Of a stretch of 64,000 bases of DNA, positions 61,703 through 64,000 are shown piece by piece. The stretch lies in assembly GCA_963664115.2 (NCBI GenBank), contig CAXWPJ010000002.1, positions 320,001 through 384,000 on the forward strand, written 5' to 3'. Position 1 is the stretch's first letter. Every line of letters starts with the position of its first letter. The position numbers and the translations under genes are program-made. The notes beneath the pieces were generated by a model, which saw nothing but the letters and a program-made list of their open reading frames with translations, had not been told where the DNA came from and did no database searches. This stretch comes from Terriglobia bacterium. GTDB lineage: Bacteria > Acidobacteriota > Terriglobia > 20CM-2-55-15.

Positions 61703-62629
61703 ATGAAGAAGTGCATCTGGACGATAGTGGCTGTATTGACACTGACTGTGAGTGTTTCCGCACAAATCACCACGAACAGTGATTACACAGTCGAACCCTT
61801 CGGCACGCCGCCTGAAGGCGGTGAATGGGGCGATACGGTGTCGATTGCTGCCGACGGCCGGGGATCCATCATCGTGCTCCGACGTGCACAACCGCCGGTT
61901 CTGATTTTCGACCGCGAAGGAGACCTGCTCGACAGCTGGGGTACCGGTCTCTTCCCTGACATCCACAGTGTTGATGTCGATCATGAAGGCTATGTCTGGA
62001 TCACGGACACGACCGACCATATGGTCTACAAATTCACGATGGACGGGCAGGAGCTTCTGGCCCTGGGAACGAAAGGCGTGACCGGTGACGACAGCTCAAA
62101 GACGGCTTTCAATCGTCCTACCGATGTGGCCGTCGCAAGAAACGGCGATATCTTCGTGACCGATGGCTACGGCAATTCCCGCATCGTGCATTTTACGAAA
62201 GATGGAAGCTTCATCAAGGTTATTGGTGGCATCGAGGGAAGCGGGCCAGGGGAATTCAAGACCCCGCACGCGATTCGAATCGACTCAAGAGGCCGCTTGA
62301 TTGTCCTGGACTGGCAGCGTGAAGCCCGCGATCCCCGCATTCAACTTTTCAGTCAAGATGGAGAGCTCTTAGAGATATGGGCGGGGCTGGGCATCGTCAG
62401 ACCGACCGGGCTCGCGATCACCGGCGACGACACCGTCTACATCGGAGATACCGATGGCCGTACGATCTGGATGTTGCAGGACGGAAAAGTAGTTGAAGAA
62501 ATCGGAGGCCTTCAGGCCCGGCCCCACAACATCGTGTGGGATCTGGGCACCGGCGACCTCTACTTCGCCAACACGCTATTGCCCGGACAGATCAATAAGG
62601 TCACTAAAAAAAGTAGCCCCACACCTTGA
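61703..62629 (+). CDS. Exported NHL-repeat beta-propeller
   Basis: FNRPTDVAVARNGDIFVTDGYGNSR; paralog of 58167. Confidence 0.88.
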   Translation: MKKCIWTIVAVLTLTVSVSAQITTNSDYTVEPFGTPPEGGEWGDTVSIAADGRGSIIVLRRAQPPVLIFDREGDLLDSWGTGLFPDIHSVDVDHEGYVWITDTTDHMVYKFTMDGQELLALGTKGVTGDDSSKTAFNRPTDVAVARNGDIFVTDGYGNSRIVHFTKDGSFIKVIGGIEGSGPGEFKTPHAIRIDSRGRLIVLDWQREARDPRIQLFSQDGELLEIWAGLGIVRPTGLAITGDDTVYIGDTDGRTIWMLQDGKVVEEIGGLQARPHNIVWDLGTGDLYFANTLLPGQINKVTKKSSPTP

Positions 62630-62704
62630 TCGGTGCGACGGTCGACGCCCCACACCGTCTTCCATTGTCATCGACACGAAAATGGGGAAATAGGGCTCTG
62701 ACCC

Positions 62705-63613
62705 CTATTTTCTAATTATTTTCTTGATGTCTCCGGGTGCGTTGGAATCCGCCAGATACAGGTCACCGGTGCCCGCGTCCCATACGATGTTGTGTGGCCG
62801 GGCTTCCAGGCCTGCGATCCATTCGACGACCTCTCCATCCCGCACGATTGTGATGTTCGCGTCGTCGCTTTCCGAAATGTAAACGGTGCCATCCCCCCCA
62901 ACCGTTATTCCCGAGGGATGCAACAGACCGGTGATTCTGGGCCACTCTTCGACGAAGCGTCCGTTCTGGTCGAATATCTGAATACGCGGGTTGTGCGCTT
63001 CCTCCTGGCGGTCCACGACGAGCAATCGGCCTTCCGTGTCCAGCGCAAGCGCGTGTGCTCCCGAGAATTCTCCCGGTCCGGTGCCCTCAACGCCGCCAAT
63101 GATCTTGACGAAGCTTCCATCGCTCGCAAAATGTACGATGCGAGCGTTGCCGTCCAGGACGAAGATGTCGCCGTTGGGCGCGACGGCGACGTCGCCGGGT
63201 CCATCAAAGGCATCCGTCGAGTCCTTGTCGCCGGTCACACCTTTTGTTCCCAGCGACATCAGCGGCCGACCGTCCATGGTGAATTTGTGGACCATGTTGT
63301 TCGTTCTGTCCGTAATCCAGACAGAACCCTCATGGTCGACATCGATGCTGTGGTTGTTTGGAAACAGACCGTCTCCCCAGCTATCCAGGAGTTCTCCATT
63401 GCGATCGAAAACGAGAACCGGCGGATCCGCCCTCCGGAGCGCAAGAATGGATCCCTGGCCGTCGGCAGCGACCGAGATCGTGTCGCCGCTCCACGCCCCT
63501 CCCCCGGGAGGTGAGCCGAAGGTCGCTACTTCGTAACTACTGTTCGTGGTCTGTGCGGAGGCGGCTCCGGCAAAAGCTAAGACCACGCAAACTACACAGG
63601 CATATGTTTTCAT
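62705..63613 (-). CDS. Exported NHL-repeat beta-propeller
   Basis: Paralog of 58167 and 61703, sharing ARPHNI..D.GTGDLY. Confidence 0.88.
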   Translation of the reverse strand: MKTYACVVCVVLAFAGAASAQTTNSSYEVATFGSPPGGGAWSGDTISVAADGQGSILALRRADPPVLVFDRNGELLDSWGDGLFPNNHSIDVDHEGSVWITDRTNNMVHKFTMDGRPLMSLGTKGVTGDKDSTDAFDGPGDVAVAPNGDIFVLDGNARIVHFASDGSFVKIIGGVEGTGPGEFSGAHALALDTEGRLLVVDRQEEAHNPRIQIFDQNGRFVEEWPRITGLLHPSGITVGGDGTVYISESDDANITIVRDGEVVEWIAGLEARPHNIVWDAGTGDLYLADSNAPGDIKKIIRK

Positions 63614-63883
63614 GGAAAACCTCGTCCAGTTTTGACGTTGCGTTAACAAAATCTTGCACCCGTTCGATCCTGTTACCTAAGGAAAATGTTTAAATATTGC
63701 AACCGGGCCGGTTTGAGGCCGCAACCCGCAAGAGGCCACTTTATCAGAAGACGTATTTCAGTGCGAACTGCGTTGTGAGGCCTTAAATCAGTGATCGGGC
63801 GCGCGTCGAGTCATCCCCGGTGCGTGTGGGTCGCAATTTGCGGGCAGGAGGATGGGCACAGGAGTAGGCGGGTTGCGTTCCGC

Positions 63884-63913
63884 TTGACAAGCGCCTCTGC
63901 CGACAAATACTAT
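63884..63913 (+). promoter_or_regulatory. sigma70-type promoter for a gene beyond the window
   Basis: TTGACA-18 nt-TACTAT. Confidence 0.55.
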
Positions 63914-64000
63914 CGCGGTTAACATAAAAGAACTGATAGACTTATAGCATTGGCGGCTTGTCGCTAAGCCGGCTCACGCGAGGACACACGAACTTTAGGG

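Overview
A 64-kb GC-rich bacterial accessory region; the gene families suggest an Acidobacteria-like lineage (inference). No rRNA, tRNA or CRISPR array was seen. The first 13 kb is the most unusual part. A Ser/Thr kinase-TolB-like propeller gene, interrupted by IS630, is followed by four co-oriented single-gene units: an amidase, a metallo-beta-lactamase (MBL)-fold hydrolase, an RpoD-like sigma factor and a DUF2087-like gene. Each unit is closed by a copy of the kinase's last 10-19 codons (ELKERVPVP*). Two families of non-coding repeats lie between the units, one a bulged hairpin. Upstream, a kinase N-terminal fragment and a kinase C-terminal fragment enclose an inverted two-gene cargo. The arrangement resembles an integrase-less gene-cassette array built on kinase gene ends. 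The rest of the window is a paralog-rich set of exported proteins: five DUF6152-like, eight 'SxGxWEGDTLVV'-family, DUF6644-like membrane proteins, NHL propellers, amidohydrolases, MBL-fold hydrolases, two atypical TonB-like barrels and two DUF5916-like proteins, plus IS256 and a second IS630. Two adjacent genes carry an in-frame TGA followed by a SECIS-like hairpin (a beta-propeller and a UxxC DUF3179-like protein) next to a TlpA-type thioredoxin, a probable selenoprotein cluster. DUF and family assignments come from motif recognition, not database searches.
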